From: a virus
Lineage: Duplodnaviria > Caudoviricetes
Virus record (IMG/VR): IMGVR_UViG_3300025892_000098
Location: 1-29,372 of that record
Length of the DNA stretch: 29,372 nt
Direction: 5' to 3' (one strand)
The number at the start of each line of letters is the position of its first letter. Positions within the stretch are counted from its first letter, which is position 1. Made by a program: the position numbers and the translations under genes. Under the pieces are notes generated by a model. The model was given only the letters and a program-made list of their open reading frames with translations, had not been told where the DNA came from and did no database searches. This document shows, one piece after another, positions 15,077 to 24,474 of the stretch.

Positions 15077-15655
15077 TTATCTCCTTTTGATTTTTGTACT
15101 GTTACCCGCGTAGATTTTAAAAATGTCAGAAGGCATCTCAAGATTATTCTCAAGACGCTCTCTGACTAGCGCTTTAAGAGTTACAGCATGAACCGTTTCG
15201 CGCTGAATTGGTTCAAAGCCATTACTCTTTGCAAGGTCTGCATATTGCAGTGCCTTGTTATCTTCGTCCCGACCAAAGGTAACGGTAATATCATTTTTAA
15301 TAATATCACCTAGGCCGTTATCTCGAAGCCATGTAAAAGCTTTATCCTTTCTATCTAAAAAATCAGAATCACTTTCGTTTCTGCCTTTTGCAATAGAAGC
15401 ATAATAAAATGGTTTAAGTTCTATAGACTCACCATCTTTAAGCTTTAATTTTGTAATGTTCATCTCTTGCATCATCTTAGGTATTTCTACCTCTGATAAT
15501 ACTTTAGACTGTTCTTTTAATTTTGAAATACTTTTTTCTGCGTTTTCAATTTCGTCTTCAATATTTTTTAATTCAATAACTTTATTAGATAAAGAAGCTG
15601 CAGCATCAATTTGCTTTACAGATTCTAATCTATCGTCTTCATAATCTATACTCAT
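15077..15655 (-). CDS. Conserved replication-module protein of unknown function (192 aa)
   Basis: N-terminal coiled coil, AF.WLRDNGLGDIIKN and VH..TLKA.V.E segments; GAAAGGA RBS. Confidence 0.75.
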   Translation of the reverse strand: MSIDYEDDRLESVKQIDAAASLSNKVIELKNIEDEIENAEKSISKLKEQSKVLSEVEIPKMMQEMNITKLKLKDGESIELKPFYYASIAKGRNESDSDFLDRKDKAFTWLRDNGLGDIIKNDITVTFGRDEDNKALQYADLAKSNGFEPIQRETVHAVTLKALVRERLENNLEMPSDIFKIYAGNSTKIKRR

Positions 15656-15675
15656 ACAATTCCTTTCATAGATTG

Positions 15676-15704
15676 TATATAATCCTAGACTTTTGTTTTG
15701 TCAA
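15676..15704 (-). promoter_or_regulatory. Sigma70-type promoter for the SSB-primase-helicase-PolA operon with TAGGAT box
   Basis: TTGACA (15704-15699)-17 bp-TATATA (15681-15676); TAGGAT immediately upstream of the -10. Confidence 0.65.
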
Positions 15705-15706
15705 TA

Positions 15707-16045
15707 CTAATTTTTAAATAAATCTATTTCTATTGGATAATAAGTTTTTTCTTGTCTATCCCACTTTAGAAATTTAAACTTTCCATTTGTCATATCAGAC
15801 ACAACTGAACATATAACACCTATAGTTGCAGGGTCACCTGACAATAAAAGATAATCGTCTGACGTGTAATCTTTTAAAAGTGTTCTAAGTTTTTGTATTA
15901 ATGGACCAGGAGAAAGTATCATTTGAGAATACATAGGTAATAGAGTTTTTATTTCTCCATACTTTGATGCACCCATAACATTATATTTGGGTTTACCGGT
16001 TTCTCTATCTGTTGGTATTTCTTGAGTTAAATAAACTTTAGTCAT
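15707..16045 (-). CDS. Conserved hypothetical protein (112 aa; DYLLLSGDP, LKWDRQ...YYP); start revised to ATG at 16045
   Basis: The ORF-track start overlaps the divergent gene; the ATG at 16045 has AGAAAG upstream. Confidence 0.75.
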   Translation of the reverse strand: MTKVYLTQEIPTDRETGKPKYNVMGASKYGEIKTLLPMYSQMILSPGPLIQKLRTLLKDYTSDDYLLLSGDPATIGVICSVVSDMTNGKFKFLKWDRQEKTYYPIEIDLFKN

Positions 16046-16092
16046 TGACTTTCTCTTTTGATTTAGTATAGCTATTTTTAGAAAGAAATCAA
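16045..16092. promoter_or_regulatory. Overlapping divergent promoters
   Basis: Plus strand: TTGACT(16045-16050)-16 bp-TATAGC(16067-16072). Minus strand: TTGATT(16092-16087)-16 bp-TATACT(16070-16065). Confidence 0.5.
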
Positions 16093-16886
16093 TGATTATA
16101 TCACACAAACATAAACTGATATTTATAAAACCGATTAAAGTAGCCGGTACATCTTTTGAATTAGCATTAAGAAATTATTGTGGTCCAGAAGATATAATAA
16201 CTATGTGCACCCCAGAAGATGAAAGAATTAGCTTAGAAAGAAATAAAATTCATTTTCAAAATGAAAACAACGGAGCTAAATATTTTGATCATATTATTGG
16301 ATTAGATGTTGATTTTCAAGTATCTAGTAATGTTATGAATAATGATTGTTATCAAGGTATGGGAACAATACTTCGTGTTTTTGAAGCAAATAGTCAGAGA
16401 TATTATAATCACATAGAAGCTAGAAAAATTAAAAAAAGAATAGGTGAAGATGTTTTTAACTCTTATACAAAAGTTTCTATTGTAAGACATCCAATTGATT
16501 ATCTTATATCTAACTATTATTTTTTTGGTTTTGATTTACAGAATATATCTTTTAGAGATTATGCAATTCAAGCGCCTGTAAAAGAATTTAAAAAATTTTA
16601 TGAAATAAATGGTGATTATATAATTGACCACATGATTAGATTTGAAAACCTGGATGAAGATATAAAAAATTTAGAACAAAAAATTACAGGGCTTACCGGC
16701 CTTGCGGAAAGAATGAAAACTTTTAAATCAAAAATTAAAAGAGTTGATGATAAAGATAAAATTCCAGGGGCTAAACAAAGGCTTAACAGCGCAACTGTAG
16801 ATTATATGAAAACTAAATTTCCAAAAGCTTGCCAAATCGCCATGGAAAAATACAGCGAATACTGCAAAAAATTTAATTATAAGTAG
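16092..16886 (+). CDS. Sulfotransferase-family protein (Sulfotransfer_2-like)
   Basis: IISHKHKLIFIK..KVAGTS (5'-PSB loop), SIVRHP.D..ISNY (3'-PB motif), and D..IRFENL.ED. Confidence 0.85.
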   Translation: MIISHKHKLIFIKPIKVAGTSFELALRNYCGPEDIITMCTPEDERISLERNKIHFQNENNGAKYFDHIIGLDVDFQVSSNVMNNDCYQGMGTILRVFEANSQRYYNHIEARKIKKRIGEDVFNSYTKVSIVRHPIDYLISNYYFFGFDLQNISFRDYAIQAPVKEFKKFYEINGDYIIDHMIRFENLDEDIKNLEQKITGLTGLAERMKTFKSKIKRVDDKDKIPGAKQRLNSATVDYMKTKFPKACQIAMEKYSEYCKKFNYK

Positions 16887-16915
16887 TTGACAAACATCCT
16901 AATTTATCCTATTTT
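16887..16915 (+). promoter_or_regulatory. Sigma70-type promoter for the SNF2 helicase with tandem ATCCTA boxes
   Basis: TTGACA(16887-16892)-17 bp-TATTTT(16910-16915); ATCCTA at 16896 and 16906. Confidence 0.6.
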
Positions 16916-16938
16916 ATAAATAGAAAGTATAAAATATT

Positions 16939-18369
16939 ATGTTCTACAAATTTAAAACAAAGCCTTTTGCGCATCAACTTAAAGCCTTAGAAATGTCTTG
17001 GGACAAAGAAGTCTATGCTTATTTTATGGAAATGGGTACAGGGAAATCAAAAGTATTAATTGATAATGTATCTATGTTGTATGACAAAGGAGAAATAAAT
17101 GGTCTACTTCTAATTGCACCTAAAGGTGTTTATAAAAATTGGTACGACTCTGAAATACCGGTACACATGGCAGATCATATTGAAAAGAAAACTGTTTTGT
17201 GGACTGCATCACACACTAAACCAAAACTAAAAGAATTAAATACTTTGTTTGAAACCGGGACTGATCTTCATATTTTAATTATGAATGTTGAAGCCTTCTC
17301 TACTAAAAAAGGTTTAGAGTTTGCAGATAAATTTTTATCTTCTCATAAATCTATGATTGCTATTGATGAAGCTACAACTATTAAAAACCCTTCAGCTAAA
17401 AGAACTAAAAATATTTTAAAGATATCAAAAGATTCTAAGTATAGAAGAATACTTACAGGTTCACCTATAACTAAATCACCTTTAGATTTATATTCTCAGT
17501 GTGAGTTTTTAGACCCGTATCTTTTAGGACATCATTCTTTTTTTACTTTTAGAGCTAGATATGCTGTCATGCGTAACATGAATTTAGGTGCAAGAACGGT
17601 TCAAGTTATAGTTGGTTATAGAAACTTAGGTGAGCTTTCAGATAAATTAAAACCTTTTTCATATAGAGTTTTAAAAGAAGATTGTTTAGATTTACCTAAA
17701 AAAACCTGGATGAAAAGAACTGTATCAATGACTCCAGAACAAGAAAAAGTTTACAAAGAAATGAAACAGACTGCTCTAGCGCACCTGGATGGAAAGGTAT
17801 TAACTACTAATACTGTATTAACTCAACTAATGCGTCTCCATCAAATAACTTGTGGCCACTTTGTGGCTGATGATGGGTCAACAAAAGATTTGCCATGTAA
17901 AAGAGTTGATGAACTATTAGATATTGTACAACAGGTTGAAGGTAAGGTTGTTATTTGGGCTCAATACCAAAGAGATATTAATAAAATTATAAATGCTATA
18001 TCAAAAGAATATGGTGAAGATAGTTATGTTGATTATTATGGATTAACACCTCAAGAAAAAAGACAAGATAATATAAAGAAGTTTCAAGAAGATGACAAGT
18101 GTAGATTTTTTATAGGTACAACACAAACTGGCGGTTATGGTATCACATTGACTGCTGCAAGTACAATGGTTTATTTTTCTAATGGTTATGATTTAGAAAA
18201 AAGAACTCAATCAGAAGCTCGTATAGATCGTATTGGTCAAACTAAACCAATGACTTATATTGATATCATTTCTGAAGATACAGTTGATGATAGAATAGTT
18301 TTAGCGTTGCGTAAAAAACAAAACATTGCTAGTCAAATTATGGGTGAAGAAATTAAATCTTGGATTTAA
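16939..18369 (+). CDS. SNF2-family (SF2) helicase
   Basis: P..HQ, EMGTGKS, IDEA..IKN, LTGSP, RLHQI, GG.GITLT.A and QSEARIDRIGQ motifs. Confidence 0.95.
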   Translation: MFYKFKTKPFAHQLKALEMSWDKEVYAYFMEMGTGKSKVLIDNVSMLYDKGEINGLLLIAPKGVYKNWYDSEIPVHMADHIEKKTVLWTASHTKPKLKELNTLFETGTDLHILIMNVEAFSTKKGLEFADKFLSSHKSMIAIDEATTIKNPSAKRTKNILKISKDSKYRRILTGSPITKSPLDLYSQCEFLDPYLLGHHSFFTFRARYAVMRNMNLGARTVQVIVGYRNLGELSDKLKPFSYRVLKEDCLDLPKKTWMKRTVSMTPEQEKVYKEMKQTALAHLDGKVLTTNTVLTQLMRLHQITCGHFVADDGSTKDLPCKRVDELLDIVQQVEGKVVIWAQYQRDINKIINAISKEYGEDSYVDYYGLTPQEKRQDNIKKFQEDDKCRFFIGTTQTGGYGITLTAASTMVYFSNGYDLEKRTQSEARIDRIGQTKPMTYIDIISEDTVDDRIVLALRKKQNIASQIMGEEIKSWI

Positions 18370-18546
18370 TTATATAAATTCTGAAAGTAAAATTATAAGC
18401 ACGGCTCCCATGCCTCCAACAATCCAATACTCTAATCTTTTAATTCTTTCTTGCATTTCTTTCATTTGTTCAAAAGTTTGTTTTTGCATTATTCTACAAA
18501 GCTTTTCATGTGATTCAATTTTTTCTAATGCTGATTTTCTAGGCAT
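18370..18546 (-). CDS. Small coiled-coil protein with C-terminal TM helix, XhlA/holin-like topology (58 aa; not in the ORF track)
   Basis: MPRKSALEKIESHEKLCRIMQKQTFEQMKEMQERIKRLEYWIVGGMGAVLIILLSEFI; GAGGA RBS; stop abuts the helicase stop (TAA-TTA). Confidence 0.75.
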   Translation of the reverse strand: MPRKSALEKIESHEKLCRIMQKQTFEQMKEMQERIKRLEYWIVGGMGAVLIILLSEFI

Positions 18547-21500
18547 TGTTAATTCCTCTTGATCGTAGTCTTATTTGTTTTTCTGTTGGTGATAAATATG
18601 ATTCTTCTACAGGTGTTAAACCTGAAGCCATCATTGGATTTTGTTGAACCGGCGTTTGAAAAGAACCTGGATTCGGCATTGGTGTAGGTGGTAATGGTGT
18701 CATTGACGATTGCTGTCCTTGACCTTCAATCAATCTAGGTAAATAGTTTTCTATATTTAATTGTAAAGGACTATCTAAACTTTGATTTTCAAAGTCTCTG
18801 ACCATTTGTTTTATTAAAGACTCGACCGGTATTAACGGATTTTCTATCCCACCTTTTTCTGCATTACGTTCAAATCTTTCTTCAATACCATCTGTAATTT
18901 CAAAGGCATTAAACTTTCCTCTTAGTAATCTTTTTAAAGTTTTTTTAGAAATATTTCTTCTATCAAATACATCTTTTAAGTCTTTGTCTTTTAAACCTAA
19001 CGTCTCAGCCGCATTTAATACTTGTTTCATATTTCTTTGTGTTTCAAATAAAGTCTTGTTCGCAATAAAGAATCTTTCAACTACTTCTTTAGGTGTTTTT
19101 CTTTCACCACTCAAAACTCCAAATCTTCCTGATGTAAAGTTTTTTCTATCTTCTGATTGTTCTTTTTGAAATCTTCCAAGGTAGAAGTCTAAACTTCTTT
19201 CAGGGTCAATTTTAATTGGTCTCATACCAAATATACCTGCAACCTCTGGACCTATTTCATAAGTTGCAGCTCCTTTTCCAGGTTCTCCTGTGATTGCTTT
19301 TGCAGTTCTTTGAAACGGTTGTGTGGATGGTAAAAGTGTCTTAGCAAGGTGTTCAGTTATAATTAAATATTTTTCCATTTCTGGAGTTCTGTCTCCGTAA
19401 AGCTGTTTCCCGTCTCTCGTTCTTCCATTTCTAGAATATATATCTTGAAACGCTTCTGTATAAATAGATTCTGATATAAAAGGTGAAGCAGTTTGTGCAG
19501 TTGCATTTAATATTCCTTTTAAAAAACCTTTAGTTAATACTTCTTCGTCTTCAATACCTTGTTGAATATTAAATAAAACTGTTTGAAATGGTCTTGTAAG
19601 CGTATCATAAACATTATTTTTAGACCAATCGATATAATAAAAATCTCCATTTGTTGGATTTTTAAATAATATTTTTTGTGAATCTCTAGACCAAGGGGCA
19701 ACAAAATAATTAATCGCATCTGATTCTTCATTAGTTACTCCGAAGATAGATTTAGATCCTTCAACAATACTATAAGGTAATACAGCAGTAGCAAAAGTTG
19801 CTCCGGTTAATCTTTTCATACCTATTGCTCTTGTAACTGGGTCTTTAATTTCTTTTAAACCTTGTCTAAAAATACCAAAACCAGTTCTAAATATTTCAGA
19901 AGGCCATGACATAAAATTACCAAAAGGGGACATACGCATACCTCTTACAAACTGACCTACTCTTGCATAGTTTGGAACTGTATTTTTTACTATCTCTGCT
20001 ACTTCTTGTTTTAAATTCTGAGGAATAGGTAAACCTTTTTTTGCATATGCGTTTCTTAATCTAGCAAGTTCTACTTCAAAATTAAATATTTTCCAAAAAT
20101 CATCTTCAGCAACATAGGCATCTTGAAAAGCTTTACCAGTTTTTTTAACACCTCTACTTATCCCTTTACCTAAATTATTTAATAAAGGTTTTAAAACACT
20201 ATCTGTAGCAATGTTACCATCACCAAATCTTACATCTTTAAATAGATTACGAATATCACCAAGTCTTACGTTTGTGTTTACAATTCCTAAGTCTAAATAC
20301 TCTCTGTACTTGGCCATAGCTTCAGGTTGTCTCATACCTACTTGAACTGTTTTTCTAGCTTCATTCATAGCCTGAGCAATAAGTTTAGGACTTGTCATTA
20401 ATGTACCATTAGCAAGTGCAAAAGCACCTGAGCTTAAAAAATTTCTTATGTGAGTTGGTATAGATAAAACAGTTTTAGCAAACTGTGCACCAGCTTTTGG
20501 AGTAAGTAATCCATATCTATATAAAGCAGCAGCTGTTTTTCCTAAAGCACCTTGACCTTTTGCTTCACCTCTCATCCAATCTTGAAGTCCGGCTACACTT
20601 TCAAAACCTTCTGCAATATCTTTTGAAGTATAAATATTTTCATCTGGAAAGTATTTACTCATTTCTTCTGGCATTTTTACTATTGGAGTCTTTGACCCAA
20701 AAGCTTGTTTAGCAGCTAATGGACTAGCGTGAAAAAAACCTCTAGCGCCTTCAGGAGTTTGCGCTGTAACCCTACTTTTAATCATTGTATCTGCATCAAG
20801 CATATCTTGAAAAAGCTCCCCCCGTCTAGCAACAGATGATAATCTAGCAACGGATGCAAATATAGAGTGACGTGCGTCTTCTACTTCACCGAATAATTGT
20901 CTAAACGCTTTACTTCCTTTACCTATGACACGAAAATCTTTTGTACCATCTGGTAAGTTTTTCTCTAACGTTTGTCTAAATGTTTTAAGATTATAAGGAG
21001 TATCAGCTCCTTTAGTTAAATTTACATATTCAAACGTAGGTAGTGAGTCTTTTTTAGGATTCATTTCACGAGCTTGACTTACAATATCATCAACGTAAGA
21101 TTCTGCCTGTAATCTTGTAATTGGTTGATTATTTTTTGCAGCGTATCTCATAAAAATATTAGCAACTCTATCAACAGTATCTTTAGTAGGTTTATATTTT
21201 TGTAATAAACCTGCATCTGCATTTTCAAATATTTCAAAAGTGTTTGCTATACTATCTTTAACTCTACTACCCAATAAACTAGAAAATTCTCCTTGCATAT
21301 TTCTGGGAAGGTCTCCAACTGATGGACTGTCAGAAGCAATTTTTAAAAGATCAACAAAATAACTTCTACTATTTTTTATTCCATTTAAAATTACCTCAAC
21401 TCCTTCTGGTGTTGCACCATTTTTAGTTAACATATCAACAAAATCTAATGTTTTAGCTTCATCCAATCCTTTAACTAAATCACCTTCAAACAGTAAATCA

Positions 21501-22582
21501 TTCATCTCTTTGTATAACTGTTTTCTTTGTGCAGTATTCGCTGCAAATAATATCTTCCTAGTTTCAGGAAAAATTTTATTTACTTCTTTATCTATTCTAT
21601 TTACTTGTTCCATTGCAAAACTAGTGTCCACCATTTTACTAGCTGACTCTTGTTCTTTTGCTAAAGCTTGTTGAACTGGTTTGTTTCCTCTAAACCTAAA
21701 AATACCACCGAACTTATCTAATTTTCTTTCAATAGCATCATCACTATATGCAAGGTCTTTACCTTTTTTCTGAAGAAGTTTTGATGCTCCTTTTCCTAAT
21801 CCGTAAACAATTGGAGTAACTAATAAAGATTCAGAACCAAATTTAAGCCTATTTAATAATCTTCTTGATGCATCATCTCTTTCAGTTTCTCTAATTTTTC
21901 TATCTAGTTGAGTTGGACCAGCCTCAAACGCATCACCTATAGTTCCTAGTTTTTCAACGTCAGCTACAAAAGTTTCTCCAGCCAAGCCGCCTACAACAAC
22001 TGCTCCAAACTTTTGCCTTCCGGTTAGTTTATTTAAATTTTCTGTTGCCTTAAGTCCATTTCTAACATTCTTACTACCTAGATTAAGATAGTTCCCTGTT
22101 TTTTTAGCATTTAAAGCTTTAGTAGCTAGCTTAGTTGCAACTTTTGCACCTACAGCACCTGGAACCCCGATTTGAATTAAAGCTTCTGTAAGTCTACCTA
22201 TAGCTCTTTCCTGTGCTAATTCTTCAAAAGGATTTAATGTATCAAAAAATTGTTCAACCTTTGCAGCTGAGTTTGTATCTAAGCCTAAATCTATTAAATC
22301 AGCAGCTAATGATATAACTCCTTCTGGTACTTTTATAGCACCTGATATAATTCCAGCTGTTGCAGCAGTTAACCCTGATATATTACTATTGTCTTCAGCT
22401 TCAGGGTCCAAAGACTCATCTGTTTGATTAGATTTTTTTTCAGGTTGTGAGGGAGTTGCAGGTTTATTATTTATTATTTCATCAAGAGTAAAAGTACCAC
22501 CACTATTAATATCAATGGTATCTTCTAATTCAATAGGTTCTCCGGATTGTTTTTTAAGGATTTCTTCAAGACTTAAAGCCAT
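18539..22582 (-). CDS. Large probable internal virion / DNA ejection protein (1347 aa)
   Basis: Size, helical Ala/Gly-rich composition, and last position in a run of structural genes after the tail fibres, as in podovirus core-protein clusters. Confidence 0.7.
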   Translation of the reverse strand: MALSLEEILKKQSGEPIELEDTIDINSGGTFTLDEIINNKPATPSQPEKKSNQTDESLDPEAEDNSNISGLTAATAGIISGAIKVPEGVISLAADLIDLGLDTNSAAKVEQFFDTLNPFEELAQERAIGRLTEALIQIGVPGAVGAKVATKLATKALNAKKTGNYLNLGSKNVRNGLKATENLNKLTGRQKFGAVVVGGLAGETFVADVEKLGTIGDAFEAGPTQLDRKIRETERDDASRRLLNRLKFGSESLLVTPIVYGLGKGASKLLQKKGKDLAYSDDAIERKLDKFGGIFRFRGNKPVQQALAKEQESASKMVDTSFAMEQVNRIDKEVNKIFPETRKILFAANTAQRKQLYKEMNDLLFEGDLVKGLDEAKTLDFVDMLTKNGATPEGVEVILNGIKNSRSYFVDLLKIASDSPSVGDLPRNMQGEFSSLLGSRVKDSIANTFEIFENADAGLLQKYKPTKDTVDRVANIFMRYAAKNNQPITRLQAESYVDDIVSQAREMNPKKDSLPTFEYVNLTKGADTPYNLKTFRQTLEKNLPDGTKDFRVIGKGSKAFRQLFGEVEDARHSIFASVARLSSVARRGELFQDMLDADTMIKSRVTAQTPEGARGFFHASPLAAKQAFGSKTPIVKMPEEMSKYFPDENIYTSKDIAEGFESVAGLQDWMRGEAKGQGALGKTAAALYRYGLLTPKAGAQFAKTVLSIPTHIRNFLSSGAFALANGTLMTSPKLIAQAMNEARKTVQVGMRQPEAMAKYREYLDLGIVNTNVRLGDIRNLFKDVRFGDGNIATDSVLKPLLNNLGKGISRGVKKTGKAFQDAYVAEDDFWKIFNFEVELARLRNAYAKKGLPIPQNLKQEVAEIVKNTVPNYARVGQFVRGMRMSPFGNFMSWPSEIFRTGFGIFRQGLKEIKDPVTRAIGMKRLTGATFATAVLPYSIVEGSKSIFGVTNEESDAINYFVAPWSRDSQKILFKNPTNGDFYYIDWSKNNVYDTLTRPFQTVLFNIQQGIEDEEVLTKGFLKGILNATAQTASPFISESIYTEAFQDIYSRNGRTRDGKQLYGDRTPEMEKYLIITEHLAKTLLPSTQPFQRTAKAITGEPGKGAATYEIGPEVAGIFGMRPIKIDPERSLDFYLGRFQKEQSEDRKNFTSGRFGVLSGERKTPKEVVERFFIANKTLFETQRNMKQVLNAAETLGLKDKDLKDVFDRRNISKKTLKRLLRGKFNAFEITDGIEERFERNAEKGGIENPLIPVESLIKQMVRDFENQSLDSPLQLNIENYLPRLIEGQGQQSSMTPLPPTPMPNPGSFQTPVQQNPMMASGLTPVEESYLSPTEKQIRLRSRGINNA

Positions 22583-22591
22583 CTATTCTCC

Positions 22592-23617
22592 TTATATTAT
22601 AGGGTTAAATCCAGAGTCTAAATAAATAGTTTGTTGAACGTTTGTTGCATCATCTCTGTCTCTATAAAAATATCTAGCACCTTCAGGTGCTTTCATATCC
22701 ATAGCTATTTCATATAAAACATTTTCTTCAACTGGTACATTTGGATTATCAAAAATAGCAACAGTTGAAATATCAAGACTTTTTATTTTACCAGAAGCGA
22801 ATAAACCATCGTGTATTTGTTTTGATCTAGCTTTTTTACGACGTTTATTGTCATACCTTGCAACAGCTGAATCATATCCTTGAAGATCATCTTCATAATT
22901 TCTTATATCAGGTGCCCCTTCTGTAATTTTATATATATCACTTAAAAATTTTTCTCTTCTTTCAGAATCATTTGTTGCAGTTCCCTCAACCATATCCTTA
23001 ACGTTTTGTCTTTCTTCCTCTGCTAATTCAGCAAAGGCTCGCCCTGGATATAAAGATTCTGTAACCCATTTATAGTTTTGTATATACGCTGTTTCTTGTT
23101 GATCGATACCATCTTCATCTAAACTTCTCTCGTAGTCTCTTAATTCTTCTCTATCATATATGTCCATAAATCTTTTCATTTTTAAAGCTTCTATGCCAGC
23201 AGCTGAATTATCCATCGCTTCTGTTTCATCAATTAAACCTGGTACTGCACCAGCTCCCGCCTGTGCTACTTTTTGTAAAAAACTTCCTCTTAAATTAGGG
23301 TCTGCTAAACCTGAACCAAATCTTAAAGCAAGGTTTGCTAATCTTCTATCTTTTTTAGGTTTAATAAATTGATCCATTATGCCAGTGCCTTGCATTGCAG
23401 CTCGCATTAATTCTTCTCTATTTCTTGGTTGAAATTTTTCTTCAACAGTTTCTGTTTCTTCGCTCATATCAAAAGGTAAGAAAGGATCTCTCATGTTTTC
23501 AATTTTCATTAATTCTTTTGCATCAGCAATAGCTGATCCAGCTTCACTATAACCTACTCTGTTGGTTGTACTTAAACCACCTTTTCTAAACATAGGTCTT
23601 TTAAAAATATTTTGCAT
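22592..23617 (-). CDS. Probable internal virion protein (341 aa)
   Basis: N-terminal IFKRPMFRKGG; helical; TAATG-coupled in the structural operon. Confidence 0.6.
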   Translation of the reverse strand: MQNIFKRPMFRKGGLSTTNRVGYSEAGSAIADAKELMKIENMRDPFLPFDMSEETETVEEKFQPRNREELMRAAMQGTGIMDQFIKPKKDRRLANLALRFGSGLADPNLRGSFLQKVAQAGAGAVPGLIDETEAMDNSAAGIEALKMKRFMDIYDREELRDYERSLDEDGIDQQETAYIQNYKWVTESLYPGRAFAELAEEERQNVKDMVEGTATNDSERREKFLSDIYKITEGAPDIRNYEDDLQGYDSAVARYDNKRRKKARSKQIHDGLFASGKIKSLDISTVAIFDNPNVPVEENVLYEIAMDMKAPEGARYFYRDRDDATNVQQTIYLDSGFNPII

Positions 23618-24474
23618 TATTTTATCGACCCGTAAATTCCTCCAAGAGTCGTTCCTAGAGATAAAGCAGTTTGTAAAGGACTCATTTGAGGTGATGACAT
23701 TCCTGTCATTGCAGGTGATAGTGGCGTAGTCATTCCACCTAGTGAACCTAATCCAGAAGCTAAATAACTTGTTCTTTCATATGGCTCATATGCTGCTAGT
23801 CTTGCAGCTTGTCTTCTTGCATCTTCACCGGCTTGTCTATACGCAAGATCACTTGAACCTGCCGCCTGTAAACCAGCAACTGTTTGACCAGCTAATGCAG
23901 GTTGTAATGTTGCAAGTTGTGATTGTTGGCCAAATGCTTGACCAGCTGCCGCTTGTGCTTGACCAAAACCTTGACCAAGTAATTGTGCTTGTAATGCAGC
24001 TCTGTTTCTATTTGAATCTGTTTGATAATTTGCTCTTTCAACACCTTCTCTACCACCACCAAAAGCTCCTGAAGATACTGCTCTATCAGCAATACCTTGC
24101 ATTCCTCTTTGAGATTGTACATCATATTCTGTAAGTGTTGTATCAATTACGTCTTGTTGATAAGGAGACATAAATTGTTGATAAGCATCTGGTCCTGAAT
24201 ATTGAGCAGCTTGATTTAGGTAAGGCTCAAAGCCCATAACACCTGTACCAGCGCCAACACTTTTTACACCACCTTGAGCATCAAAAGTTATTGCACCTAA
24301 ACCTGCTTGTCTTGCCAGCTCTTGCTGAGCTGCCATAGAAAAATCTGATTGTCTCTGAACTTCTGGAGCAAATTTAGATGTATCCGTTGGAACATTAGTT
24401 AATGAATTAAGACCGGATAAATACCTTTTTTGTGATGCTTCTAAATCGGGAGATGCCCCTGTTTGAATAGCCAT
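23617..24474 (-). CDS. Probable internal virion / DNA transfer (pilot-like) protein (285 aa)
   Basis: Gln/Ala/Gly-rich; FMSPYQQDVID and SGAFGGGREG segments; hydrophobic Gly-rich C-terminus. Confidence 0.65.
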   Translation of the reverse strand: MAIQTGASPDLEASQKRYLSGLNSLTNVPTDTSKFAPEVQRQSDFSMAAQQELARQAGLGAITFDAQGGVKSVGAGTGVMGFEPYLNQAAQYSGPDAYQQFMSPYQQDVIDTTLTEYDVQSQRGMQGIADRAVSSGAFGGGREGVERANYQTDSNRNRAALQAQLLGQGFGQAQAAAGQAFGQQSQLATLQPALAGQTVAGLQAAGSSDLAYRQAGEDARRQAARLAAYEPYERTSYLASGLGSLGGMTTPLSPAMTGMSSPQMSPLQTALSLGTTLGGIYGSIK

